From positions 42,290,862-42,354,861 of the forward strand of contig CM074511.1 in NCBI GenBank assembly GCA_037379345.1: a DNA stretch of 64,000 bases. The letters run 5' to 3'. A model generated the notes under the pieces. That model searched no databases. It had not been told where the DNA came from and saw only the letters and a list, made by a program, of their open reading frames with translations. The DNA is from Perna viridis (lineage: Eukaryota). Position numbers and translations under genes: made by a program. How positions within the stretch are numbered: position 1 is the stretch's first letter; every line of letters begins with the position of its first letter. Below are positions 1-12,048 of this stretch, piece by piece.

Positions 1-2757
1 TTTATTTGTTTTATGAAATGTGTTATTGTAGTGTTACCTACGCTATAACTTTCTGACTTTTAAATTAGGCTATATCTATTTTTTTTCTTTCGAAATTTCC
101 CTTTTACGTGTTGGTTTCATTAATTAGCATGTCAATTTTCTCTCTATCTGCAGTTTTATTTTACGTTAACAAGACGATATGCAACAAGTATCACTACTGG
201 CAACAACAAAAACCAGTGAAGCGTGAGCCCCAACTCGAGATGCAATTTTGCACTTGGGCTGCGACCATTTTTATTTTGGGGGAGGGGTGGGGTGCTGGGA
301 TTTGATGTCGGATAAAATATTTTTTTCGCGCAAGCGCAAAATTTTTATTTTCATATCAAAACCAATCGAAATCAATATTTTTATTTGAAAATCTGCCTTG
401 TAAAGTAATGGAGAAAATATAGAATAATATTTTTTAAATTTTTTGGTGCCTTAAGTACGTGTTAACGGATATTCGCCTTTCAACAATTTACATTTTGGCT
501 GTCTTTGGATGGGGCTACATAAACCCTTAATTTTGACAATAACAATTTACTGTTTTTTTTACATTACAATATGAAGATAAACATCTGAGAACACTGATGT
601 GTATATCAAGTGTAAGTTTTTGTAAGAATCAGGCAAAATGGGAAAAATCAGAAACATACATGTCAAAACCCACGGATCTGATAATGTAATATCACTCAAG
701 GATACTTTCTTTACTTGAAAAGCCCATTATTCGATCTCTGCATCACTGGCTTTGTGCAGAAATTTTTCGATAGAATCTTAGAAAAATGAGGTTTTTGACA
801 GAGTTATCTGGCCTTCGAAATGTTCATTATCAGTGCATTTCAATGAAATCGTATCTGAATGGTCCAGCATGATATGGAAAATCTTGTCTGTTGCACTATT
901 AAAATGATGTTATTTAATACCATGTTTTACCCACCACCTAATTCTTACAGGGACTGACACTTAACTGTTTATTAATTAATTCAAACACCTGACTATACAT
1001 TGGCCTATGACGACTAATAAAAAAAATTGAAGCAAATTATGAATCGGTAGTGTATACCCTATCAAGGATCTGTATATGCATATATCAACCACCGAACACG
1101 AATGTAGTGGTATGTACATATATGTGTAAAAACTGGAAAAATGTTCAAACGTTCATGTACAAGAAATTAATATAGAGTATAATATTGCATGGATGCTACT
1201 ATATAGTATATATATATATAACAAATTAGATTTTCCCACAATGGCAAACTTGTTATACAAAGAAAGAAAGAACCGTCTAGCCTACAAAAATGCATAAAAA
1301 ATGAATTGTAATGTTTAAAACGTTCTGCTCTAAACGTGTTTTCTTGAAAATCACATAACTTGAATTTAACACAATAATGATAAAATTGTGCATAAAAGCT
1401 CTTGAGCAAAGGAATAAACAGGAATTTGATTTGATAACTCTGGCATTTGATGATTAAAACCACATTCATAGATACCGTTATTGTAATGATACATGATGGA
1501 TATTGATTGCATAAGTTTTAAAATGATTTACAAAAAAAAAAAGCGAAATACTCAAGACTACAGTAGTTTGAAGCTTTTTCAATCTGCAGTTTCAATGCCG
1601 ATCTTTGATCAAGTTTCCAAATTCTTTTTCTCATTACGAAACTAATTTGTGGGATTAACATTTTCAATTAAGCTTGCAATCCTTCCCAAAGTAGTGTACG
1701 CAACTGCTATAAAAACATTGTATAAGTCATTAGAAATGCTACGCTAATGGATCTTAAACATGAAACCAAACTCCTCGGACATTCATTTGAATCTTTGATA
1801 TGATACAATAATGGGCGTTTTACGTTAGAGGACATATGGGGTTTGTGTCAACATCTATGCACTTTTACAATGCATATCGTATGAATAAATTTAAAGAAAT
1901 ATTAAATATTTTATAAGAAAGACACGCACGTTTAATTGGTAAGAAAAGACGAAAATGTGTATACTGCTTAAGGTTTTACGCGAAAGTAATGCAGATTATT
2001 AACCCGCCATTTGCAATATAGCGGTTGAAGTTAAAGGTATGTGTATGCATGTTATACAGATGCCAGGAATTACATGACTGAAAAAAAAATTAAGGGAGCA
2101 AACCGTTTGATCTTTATCGAGAGTGGGGGGTAATCATTTTGTGAAAATATTGGCCCTGCCTTTTTCATTTTTTTCCTTTATGGTCTGTCCCCATCTGCCT
2201 TTTGTTTCAGGAAAATTTGGACTATGTCCTCTACTTCAATTTTCACTCTAGCCCCCAATAAAATTATCAAATGAAGGATTCCCGGAGTCTTGACAGAATT
2301 TAATTGTGACAATCATGCCTGATTCTACATATGGGTAGAGAGAAGACGATGCCACAAATTCAAAATCTTTATATGGTTCAATGTGTTTATTATCAAGACT
2401 AAAAACAAGCGATGTTAGTTTGAAAGACCCGGATGGTGATATTTTTTTTTCATTTCAGGCTTATGATCACATCTCTCTTCTGAAATCATCACTTCAAAGT
2501 TATTCGGCCGTCTTTGTATAAAACAATTCTCTCCCACCCCACTTTGTCTCAAATCTATTTACAGTGATTTAACAACGACAAAGAGAGATATTGATCCTTA
2601 TTCATATAATAGTACATATATTTGTAACGAAGCTACCATGCATCCAATCATACACCAAGTTGTGGTATTGATAGTAATATAGTAATCATCAACACACCTT
2701 TTAAAGACTATTTTATATTAATGAATTCAATATATTTCAGTTGTTTGAAATTCTGAA

Positions 2758-2812
2758 ATGAAGCTTTTAGATGATTTTCAAGCACTTTACACTGATGCGC
2801 TAAATAAAGCAG
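2758..2812 (+). CDS. ELOVL coding exon 1 ([19 protein letters not shown])
   Basis: Acceptor tttcag ends at 2740, ATG at 2758, donor G|GTAAGT; phase 1 joins to DSRVETW. Confidence 0.85.
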
Positions 2813-5800
2813 GTAAGTTAAGCATGTAAAAATTTATTAAGGTCTCTAGCTAAAACTGCAAGACTTCCATTCAGTGTTATACAAAACTGCTATTTGTACC
2901 ACTACGGGCTTTTTGTTGTATTTAATTAAGGATTTGGTCAGAAAAATAGAAAAATCGGATATTGTGTATGATAAGAAAGAAGAAATCGAAATGAACTATC
3001 AGGACATACAATAACACTTTGAGTTAAATTATTTTTTGTAATTTAAAAAATGAGAAAAAGAGAGGGAAAAAAGCAGGTAATTATAAGTATATATTGTATG
3101 TACCGTGAAATTAAATAACATTTATCTATTAGAATTATGCTAGAATGTTAAAAATTGTTTTCAAACTCTCCGCTCAACATGAACTAGCATAAAAACGTCA
3201 ACAGGCAATATAAATTCCGATAAGCACGTACATGTATTTACAAGTTACAAGAAAACAAACAATAAAGGTAAATCGTCAAGACAAGAGATCACATATATCA
3301 TTCCATATTTAATTTACTTCATTATTCTGTCAAATAACGTAGGGGATACAGATACAAATATTGCATAAAATTTAATACACCATTTGAAGGCAGGCTTTTA
3401 TAATGCTATCTGAAAAAAAATTATGTGTGTTCCTTTTTTGTAGATTCTAGAGTAGAAACATGGCCTTTGATGCAGTCTCCAATTCCAGTCTTTTCCATAT
3501 CCTTTGGATACATATTAGTGGTTTATTTGTTTCCAAAACTCCTAAAGCATAGACCTCCATTAGATCTTAAAGTAGTATTGGTGCCTTATAATTTCGCTCT
3601 GGTAGCACTTTCTGTGTATATGCTTGTAGAGGTTGGTATACTAATGCACATGAAGCTTTTTTATTACGTCGGACATTTTTAAATCTACCCATATCCGCAC
3701 TTCGCGCCGGATTTACCAACGCACTACACCGTCGACTAAAACACTTCCACCCGTTGGCTGCTACACATAATCATCAACGTTTTGGCACAGGAACCCGATC
3801 ATCGCACTACGGTGTCCTCATTGCAATTTCGAGTATACGAGATTATTACATGTAGTAAACGAAAACCATTAGTTATTGTGAGAGGGAAAGACCTTTACAA
3901 AAAGTATACAACAATTTTACAATTTCGCAGCTGTTTCAACGCCTGACGTTAAATTGCGATAATTACAATGTACGTACCATGAAAATAATGTCATTCTAAG
4001 GGCATCACTTTTTGATATTGAGGAAGTGGCGGGTAAGGCAGCTTGAAAGATTTCTTCGGATCAAAAATTTATATCTTTCTTTCCAGTTTATAACGGTTTC
4101 AGTATTATCGGGTTACAGTTACAAATGTCAGCCTGTAGATTATACTGATGACCCTCTTGCTGTCAGAGTAAGTTACAGTTTTTATTTACGTAGTTAAAAG
4201 CTTATCAACATTTTAATAAAAGATGCAGCTTGTCAAACGTAATCCAATTGAATCGAATATGTACACTTAAAACAGAAACAAATCCAGAAAAGTTTTTAAC
4301 CGTTTGATTTGCAACAGGTCAATTTTTTTTCAACAAGTGTCAATCGGCATGTCATGACTTTGTATTTTTTTTTATTTACCCTATCGTTATAATCAAGGCC
4401 TAGTTTTGAAAATTCAAACCATTTGCAAATGTCAATATCCAAGACTTGATGTAGAGATATGAAAAATGATAAGTATTAGTATTAGTATCAAAATAAAAAA
4501 AAAACAATTTAAGATGATAATATGAAACCCTCTTTGCTACAAATGGGAAGTCTTGAGTTAGTTCTTGTCATAGTTGTACTTAACTATGGATTCCGAACCA
4601 CGACATTCCAAATTAATTACATTAACTGTTGACTGTTGATTGGTATTTTTGCTATTTGTAGATGGCAAAGATTATATGGTGGTTCTTTTTCTCAAAGGTT
4701 ATAGAATTACTAGACACGGTGAGAATTGGCATAAGTTGGTTGATGACAGCATGGTTTATTAGGTCTTATCCATTTGCATACCCCCATACCAACACAAAAG
4801 TCTAGCAAACAAAAAGCAACAAACACACAAACAAAAAAACACAGTATGAATAAGATTTGAAAAACGGAAACTTCGTGTTTTGCAATCGTTGATGAAGTGG
4901 AGACTCCGGCATGCAATCCATGCGTGTTGTATCCCCTCAAAAGGAACCTTTTTTAGGTGCGGTCAAAGACGAAGATATATTTTGTGTTTAGATATTCAGA
5001 TATTCGGCTTAGCTATAAAAACCATCACGGGCAATGTAAGAGAATTTAATTTAAAATAAAAGTTTTAAAAAAAGTTTTAAAAATGTTGCAATTACTGGAA
5101 CAGAAAATACGACAAGTGACTGTAATATGACGACTACTATAAAATGAATGGACCAATTTAGAAACTCATGCCGCTGCAGCATATTCATGAAATACGTTAT
5201 GACCAATCAGTAATGTCATGAACTTTTATAAGAAATCCCAGAATGCAATACAGTTTCTGGAAAGATCCATTACTAGTATGTTCTCTTTGTAGGTGTTTTT
5301 AATACTCCGGAAACATAATGTGTCCTTTCTCCATGCATATCATCACTGTACAATGATAGTAAACTACTGGTTTGGTACCAAGTTTGTTGCTGGTGGTCAA
5401 GGTATATTTCGACTCTATTTCGTGCTGTAAATTTGAACAATACTTTAGACTTTTCATACATGTAAGTATGGAAACCTTAAACTGACATAAGAACACGTAT
5501 CTTAGCTTTTATGATATTGTGACGAAATGGCTTATAACATCTGCAAGAAATAGGTTTAATAATTATCTAAAGCATCCCGTCCTAAACAGAAATCAATCCT
5601 TTATTAAGGGTAATCAAGGAAATGTTTATCATGGATACATATATACGCTTAAGTTCTTTGGTTTATAACAACTAAAGTGGGTAATTGTAATGGATAGTGT
5701 CATTAACAGGTTTCTATCCAGTGACAGTTGAATATGCCCATTATCATTCGGAAGCAATACAACTTTAACCCCCAACCTAACTTACAAAGAAGAGAATCCC

Positions 5801-7771
5801 GATTACATCAATGGGGTGTCTTCTTCGAAGTCCGCGCTTATAGTATATAAAGCATCAAAATCTAGAAAACGTATTCATTCTGAATCAAGCAGTCAGGAGC
5901 TAGGAAAGAGTATTTGTTTATAGGGGTTATATAAATAATTCAAGGATTCTAAGCCTGGTGTGGTGTACAAATATTGCATTGGTCACAACAAAACGGCTTG
6001 AAACATTGTCTGACTGAAGGGGGGTCTCAAATGGTTCGAGGCTAGTTGGCCGAAACACTCCATATCTTGGTTTGAGGTTTTTTAAATTGGGGCTGTACAG
6101 TTTTTTGCGGAGTCAGGGTTCACACACTACTGCAGTGAGTGTTCCCAGTCATATCATACCTTGTCACAGACGTTAAGTTTACGTTTAGCTTTATAAATAG
6201 TTTGGTTTCCGTTTCCCATGATATAAAATAATAGGAGCGTGTAGGTTTATTAAAAACAATTGTAATCAGTCTGTAAAACAATTGTAATCAATCAGTGAAT
6301 TTTAAATTTGGTTTCATTTATACAGTTTCTTTAGATTGACGAATCCAGAAAACTGGTACGAACCAAGGTTTATTTCATAAAGGAAATTAATGCGTGTACG
6401 CCCCGCTCGGGTACACGTTACAATATCTTGTAAGCATAACAAACTTCGCTATTATCATATCTTAAGTCTATGCAAGAATTTCCTTCAACAATGATGCGTT
6501 TATAAAAGAATGATAAGTAAACGCTTTATGCATGTTAATTAGTACTTGTAAGTAGATTATCTCTCTTTGTAGCTTTCTTTATTCCAATGCTTAACTGTTT
6601 CGTACATAGTGTAATGTATATGTACTATGGACTCGCAGTTATGGGACCTCATATGCAAAAATATCTGTGGTGGAAAAAATACCTGACCAAACTACAATTG
6701 GTAAGTAAAATGATTTTAGGTTTTGATTATGTGTGATGTCTTCACCAATTGGAATGAACGAGATTTCCTATGACACATGCCGTGTCTGAGTTCAAAGTTC
6801 AAACACATTACTCTCTAATTACATTTAATTTCCGAAATACTTCATCGGGGTCAATGTCGACAGAACGATTTTGAGCAATATTGTATCGCAGACGCTCCGT
6901 CCTTATAATTATATGAAGTTTGCGATTAAAAACTGAAAAAAAACAACAACAAAAACAAAAACAAACATTATTTTAATTTATTTTTTAATCTTGTGCATTT
7001 TACACTTTTATAGTAGCTAGACTAAGAGTTCATTTCATTAACCAAATACTATAGTATAGTATACATAACATATTGTAATGGAATGCAAGGTACACTAAAT
7101 TTCATGAATATTCATACTGATCAAAGGTGTAGACAGGATATTAACCTCTTCTGCTCCGTAACTAATTAATTAGAACGTATCATTTATGTGTTCATTTCGT
7201 ATTGTCACAATTAATATATGATATAAATCAAAATAGTTTGCCAGAAAATTCATGATTGTTTCTATTTATGCGAGTTCTTTGTTTTCACTACCGTCTTATA
7301 TTTTATCACAATTCATATATTAAACTTATATTTCTAAAGTACGCAAAAATATAACAATATAAAATCGAATACTTGGTCTAGAAAACTACATGCTGTATAG
7401 TATATATACGTTTGTATCAAACTTTATAACAGGGGCGGATCCAGATATCCAGGGGGTTCCAGGCGATTTGCTCATTTGTGTAAAAATTTTGGAAGAAAAT
7501 AATAACAAAATTTTCCAACAAAAGGGGTGGTTCCGACCCTTGACCCCCTGGATCCGTCACTGTATCCTTTATTTTTTTTAATTTACTTAATACTTGACAG
7601 GTTCAGTTCTTAACATTTATTGTCCACACTGGCTACAACTTACTGACAGACTGTGAGTTTCCTAAAGGTTTCAACGTGGCAGCTATTTTGTATTCAGTAA
7701 CACTTATTGTACTATTTAGCAATTTTTATTATCAGTCATATGTGAAGGCCAAAAGTAAAAAGGATAAATAG
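2758..7771 (+). CDS. Very-long-chain fatty acid elongase (ELO/GNS1-SUR4 family, ELOVL4/ELOVL8-like), 7 coding exons, 262 aa
   Basis: Hand-spliced exons 2758-2812, 3444-3631, 4087-4167, 4662-4718, 5293-5401, 6573-6700 and 7601-7771 all have GT-AG boundaries and compatible phases (789 nt). Motifs: KVIELLDT (KxxExxDT), FLHAYHH (HxxHH), [12 protein letters not shown] (NxxxHxxMYxYY), TKLQLVQ (TxxQxxQ), [10 protein letters not shown], and C-terminal KKDK ER-retrieval signal. Exact ortholog needs a phylogeny. Confidence 0.95.
3444..3631 (+). CDS. ELOVL coding exon 2 ([13 protein letters not shown]...VYMLVE)
   Basis: tttgtag acceptor, GAG|GTTGGT donor, 188 nt; typical ELOVL D-R-xx-WPLM-SP motif. Confidence 0.93.
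4087..4167 (+). CDS. ELOVL coding exon 3 ([27 protein letters not shown])
   Basis: ttccag acceptor, GTAAGT donor, 81 nt; CQPVDY motif. Confidence 0.93.
4662..4718 (+). CDS. ELOVL coding exon 4 ([19 protein letters not shown])
   Basis: ttgtag acceptor, GTGAGA donor, 57 nt; KxxExxDT box. Confidence 0.93.
5293..5401 (+). CDS. ELOVL coding exon 5 ([21 protein letters not shown]...AGGQ)
   Basis: ttgtag acceptor, G|GTATAT donor, 109 nt; histidine box. Confidence 0.93.
6573..6700 (+). CDS. ELOVL coding exon 6 ([21 protein letters not shown]...[11 protein letters not shown])
   Basis: ttgtag acceptor, GTAAGT donor, 128 nt. Confidence 0.94.
7430..7562. mobile_element. Short MITE with CAG-type terminal inverted repeats in ELOVL intron 6
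   Basis: CAGGGGCGGATCCAG ... CTGGATCCGTCACTG imperfect TIRs; no clear target-site duplication. Confidence 0.65.
7601..7771 (+). CDS. ELOVL last coding exon ([23 protein letters not shown]...KSKKDK*)
   Basis: gacag acceptor, TAG at 7769-7771, several AATAAA immediately downstream (about 7780-7800). Confidence 0.93.
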   Translation, partial: VQFLTFIVHTGYNLLTDCEFPKGFNVAAILYSVTLIVLFSNFYYQSYVKAKSKKDK

Positions 7772-9838
7772 ATTGAACTAATAAAATTGAATAAAATAAA
7801 ATTAATTAAAATACTGTATGATTATTTCTTGTCTGAATACGGGTCAGTTGTTAAACAGACCACGAGAATTCCGCCAATGAATTAATCTCTTCCACAGACT
7901 TGTAACCGCTTCCCGATTTACTATGTATCATTGCGCTAGTCTATAGACTCTGCTATTCAGGGTGTGAAAAAAGCTGTAACTGTTAATTCTAGTCTATGAA
8001 TTTAATTTTTCGTTGTTAACAGACAGTGTCTTGTCTTAGGGCGTTTGACGTTTCGGAGAAGAAAGAAAAGCTTGATAAATCTGTACGGAATTATTTCTGT
8101 ACTAAACGACTAAAAGATAATCTGAAAGTGTTCTAAGGCCCCATTGAAAGGAACCAGGACTTGAATTGTAATAAAAAAGAGCATATTGCAGGATTAATGA
8201 CTAGATAGAGAAAATAAACACAAAGACCTGAATAACACGCATATAGTAACAAAAGTAATTGAGCAACCCGGACTCCACAAAAACTGGGAGCATAGACCAG
8301 GTGAATCGGTGAGGTAAACGTCCTCTGACTTTTTACAAACACCATGATTGCTCATAAATCTCATGTCAATGGTAGACGAAAGACAATCGCATTATAAGAC
8401 CAATTAGTTGGTCCAGTCAGTCACTGCAACACTTCATTCTACTTCCTGTTCTGATGATTTTTCTGGTCAGTCAATCAGAATTCATCTTTCATTATTTTGA
8501 AAGCATTATTCAAAGACAAAAAAAATATAAAGGATTCTAAAAAGGTCATCTGAACAGATAGTAGAATTGAGTTTTATTAGATCCTATATGCAGTGACTAA
8601 ATGGAGCAATTGATAGGACTAATTTTGATTAGATTGGACGAAAGAGAAAAAAAACCCTATAACGCGAGTGAACAAATCGATTCTTGTGGTTCAGATGGAT
8701 TTACAAAAATCCACGACAACCAAAATGATGTGATCATCTCCATCATAAAAATGATATCAAGGGAAAACTCCGCGTGATCGATTGTTCATTGGGTTACAGG
8801 GATAGACTAGCACTGTATATGATACCTGAACTTGAATTGATAATGCAGAAAACTGTAACCATATAATCAACCAGGAGTCCATCTAGGAACATGGACTAGG
8901 CGCACCGGTAGGATAGTCGTCATCTACTTTAATTTTTTCAAACATTGATAAACTTTTTATTTGTGCCTATTGAGCGGGATTAAAAAAATTTAAAAGTGGT
9001 AATCAAAATTAATATTCTAAACTCAGTGTTCACCAACAAGGCAAGTTTTAATGCCCAATTTATAATTGGTGTGGTGTTTTTGTGTCGTACCGTCTGTTAG
9101 TCTGTCACACGTTTATAAATGATGCTGAAATTTTTTGTGTTTTTGCTGTGTTAAAGATCGTCATCATCATACCTTCCCAAACTGATTTTCAGAAAAAAAT
9201 TTACTTCATCACAACTCTTGGAAAAGAGCCAGTTTAGGGTATTCCGAGGTGTTCCATGACCTTTTTTTTTTAAATTGAATGTCTTATCTGATTTTTTTTC
9301 AATTTTTCTTCCTTTATTATGCTACTTGCATTTTTAAATCTTTTTCGTCACTTACACAGAGTTATTTCACTTTATACTTAAAGAAATTAAAGACTATGCC
9401 ACCCTGGTAGCCCTAGATATAAACGGCATAGTTAACTGGTAAAAAAGGCTTTCCTGAGCTTTATTAATAAAATGACAAATGTTTGATCATTAAAACCAAT
9501 TTTAACTAGCATATAATTATCCATTTTATATTCTATATTTATGCTGTATTATGTATAAATCTTCAATAATAATATTTCGCTGTAAAAAGGCGAAAGAGTT
9601 AAAAATATAAAAAAATATCAATAAAACATCACACTAGTAAAGAACACACGGATGTATGAGTTTAACGGATAAATCAACGCAAAAGACAATTATACTTTGG
9701 CGTGGAAAGACTTTGCAGTATTTGTTTTGTTCTGGAGTTTGGAAACTTCTACTGACTCGCTCACAACAGGGAGTGACTAACTCAAGATTTATAATACTTA
9801 GTTTTTCGTTTGTTTCAAAATACAGCAACAACACATAG

Positions 9839-10717
9839 TTAAAGAATGATACACCGCCCTTTGGAATGTTTACGTTGCGTCTCTCGCCGTATATTGTTGA
9901 GTTCATCTTTCAGTTTTTTCTCACGATCGTCGTATTCTTTCCGTAGTCTCTCATCCGTCTCCTTTCTGATTTTTTCCTGGAGCTCCAGCATTTCTTGTTC
10001 TTTTTGTCTTTTATCTTCAGCTATTTTCTCCTGTAGAATTCGTTCAGCTTTTGCATAGTCTTCGTTTGTATAATGCGAGCCTCCATTATCACTTACCATT
10101 TTATCAATCATATTAATTAAGTTTTGGACTTGAGGAATGGCATCATTACCACTAAGTCTATTATTAAAAGCGATGTATCGGTTATTACATCTTTTTAGGA
10201 AGTTTTTCGGACATTCTGTTAATGTATTGATGAAACCCTCAATGCCGACTCCTTTGTTCCCCATATCTTCCTGGTCCCTCTCCCAGTCATCAAGACGCGT
10301 GAAGAGGACGATGACGTACTTCATTAAGGCCTCTCCGAAATGGTTAATGAAATGATTGACCGTTTCCACATCCTCCTCAGTGAACCTTCCAATAGGTACA
10401 CACAAAACTATGGCGTGTGGTCCAGGTGTCGTCAACCATATGCATCGCTTTATCTCCTCTTGGGTTTTGTCATTGCCATTCCTTGTATCGAAAACTCCGG
10501 GTGTATCGACAATGTTAATGACTTTCCCGAACCTTTTATTATCTCGAAGTCGACAAGTATCAGTTACGGATCCACCACCGCAACCAAACTTAAACTCATC
10601 CTTGCCTAAGATTACGTTCCCAGTTTTACTTTTTCCACTTCCGGTTTTCCCGATCAGAACAAGTCGAATTTCTTCATTTGATGGCTGGTGCATTTCAGCA
10701 GCTATATCTTGTGCCAT
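9839..10717 (-). CDS. GTPase of immunity-associated protein (GIMAP/IAN, AIG1 domain) copy A, about 292 aa, coiled coil plus CaaX (CIIL)
   Basis: G1 GKTGSGKS, G2 SVT, G3 DTPG, conserved box PGPHAIVL..RFTEED, G4 TRLD, G5 FNN, E/K/R-rich helical tail. A splice acceptor (ttttcag at 10721) means the ORF-track start at 10741 is intronic; first ATG in the exon is 10717. Confidence 0.95.
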   Translation of the reverse strand: MAQDIAAEMHQPSNEEIRLVLIGKTGSGKSKTGNVILGKDEFKFGCGGGSVTDTCRLRDNKRFGKVINIVDTPGVFDTRNGNDKTQEEIKRCIWLTTPGPHAIVLCVPIGRFTEEDVETVNHFINHFGEALMKYVIVLFTRLDDWERDQEDMGNKGVGIEGFINTLTECPKNFLKRCNNRYIAFNNRLSGNDAIPQVQNLINMIDKMVSDNGGSHYTNEDYAKAERILQEKIAEDKRQKEQEMLELQEKIRKETDERLRKEYDDREKKLKDELNNIRRETQRKHSKGRCIIL

Positions 10718-11072
10718 ATACTGAAAAAGAAAATTTACCACACGTTAGTGCTTTTACATAAAGAATGTTGAATCAGTAAATGACTGAGGCAACGGCATAA
10801 TTATTCAGTTATAAAAACTGTAAAAGAAAACAAAAATGGTACTTGATATGATACAGCCTTTAAGTGTAATAAAAATGAAGGAAGAAAATACATTTACCAT
10901 CTATCGCTAAAGTATGAGGTAAATTAATCGAAGCAAAACAAAACAAATAAAAACACCATTGATGATTAATCAGTACACTTAACATTTGTACATGTTTGAC
11001 GTCTTTCTACCTTATGCGCAATTTTGAAGCCAACAAAATCGTTGTTCTCTATAAATATGCAATAACACTTAC

Positions 11073-11399
11073 CACTAGTGGGTTTGCCTCGACAGTACTT
11101 AACATTTGTATCTTGTTTTTGAAATATATGATGTTTTATAGGCGTTCAAATCCTCTTTGTGAAAATTTAACTTTATGTATAAAATTAGAGACTGGAAAAT
11201 CCAGGTGATTTTAGAATCTTGTAAACAATTTATAATCCGATCATCGTTCTAAATAAAATCCATTTTCTAATTTTATAGTGGGAAAACCCGTGTATCTAAA
11301 AGTATATACCTACATGTATATAAGGAGAATGGATATGGTGAATATATATGTGTGTATATTCAGTATAGAAAAATCACGATTAAAAGTATTAATAATCAG
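11073..11399. promoter_or_regulatory. Candidate bidirectional promoter and non-coding first exons of GIMAP A (-) and GIMAP B (+)
   Basis: Minus strand: TATAAAA near 11134-11140 and donor G|GTAAGT at 11073/11072. Plus strand: TATATAAG 11317-11324, TCAGT Inr-like at 11360, donor CAG|GTTAGT at 11399/11400. kB-like sites TGGAAAATCC 11193-11202 and GGGAAAACCC 11280-11289. Confidence 0.55.
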
Positions 11400-11420
11400 G
11401 TTAGTCCTTACATAAAATTC

Positions 11421-11775
11421 ACTCCCGTGCAGGTCCGGGTGTTAAAAGAATAGGCCTGCAGCAGCGCTAAGCTTGTCGTAAAAGGCGACTAAATAGTGCT
11501 CAGAACCCTAGCCGGGGGCTAGGGCGCTCTGCCCACAGAGCAACTGGGATGTGTGTCCCAGGTGGTGGAATGGGGTACCCCAGGCGTGTTACATGCTGGG
11601 GTTGTCAGGCTATAATACAGAAAATCTGACCGCAAACCATAGTGGTGCACCGTGTTGGGAAAGATGCCACGTTCCTCGCACGTTAAAGAACCCTACTGTG
11701 GTATTCTCCCGGAGTAGGAACCATAGGGCTCCGCCACAGGAGGCTAAATTGCCCACCTCTCACCTTTATCATATA
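11421..11775 (+). mobile_element. GC-rich SINE-like element with a structured 5' head and a Deu-domain-like 3' part
   Basis: Abrupt GC-rich island with many hairpins. GCTTGTCGTAAAAGGCGACTAAA and GCACGTTAAAGAACCC...GAGTAGG...GGCTAAATTGCCC resemble invertebrate SINE motifs as I recall them (not checked against a database). Confidence 0.6.
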
Positions 11776-12048
11776 GATTTCCTCTATTATTCATTTTTTT
11801 TTCAACATGAATTTAAAATTTTGTGAATTGATATTCGTGCTGTGACGTTTGGGAGAGAGAAAGTCCGAGAATGAAAATTATCGAATTTATTTCACAGTGT
11901 GAATAATCTAAATTACACAATGGAAACATTCAATTAAACACTGCTTCTATATGAAAATATTCAGTATCTACTTCAGATATATTACCACAGATATTTTCTT
12001 GCTTTATTCTTGTATAGTTTAAGTTTCTCCTGTTGATTGTTTCAGACC

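Noticed and set aside
9846-10724. Plus-strand ORFs inside GIMAP A (and minus-strand ORFs inside B and C)
   Set aside because: Antisense shadows of real coding sequence
10718-10741. ORF-track N-termini of GIMAP A (MVNFLFQ) and GIMAP B (12037, MFQT)
   Set aside because: They overlap polypyrimidine tracts and AG acceptors, so they are intronic
11475-11497. GTCGT-loop-GCGAC-TAAATAG resembles pistol ribozyme P1 and its AAA linker
   Set aside because: No strand complementary to the loop, which the pistol pseudoknot requires
11668-11683. CGT-TCCTCGC-ACG looks like the HDV ribozyme P3/L3
   Set aside because: No P1' strand or GG (P1.1) follows and no matching P2 was found, so the HDV fold cannot be completed
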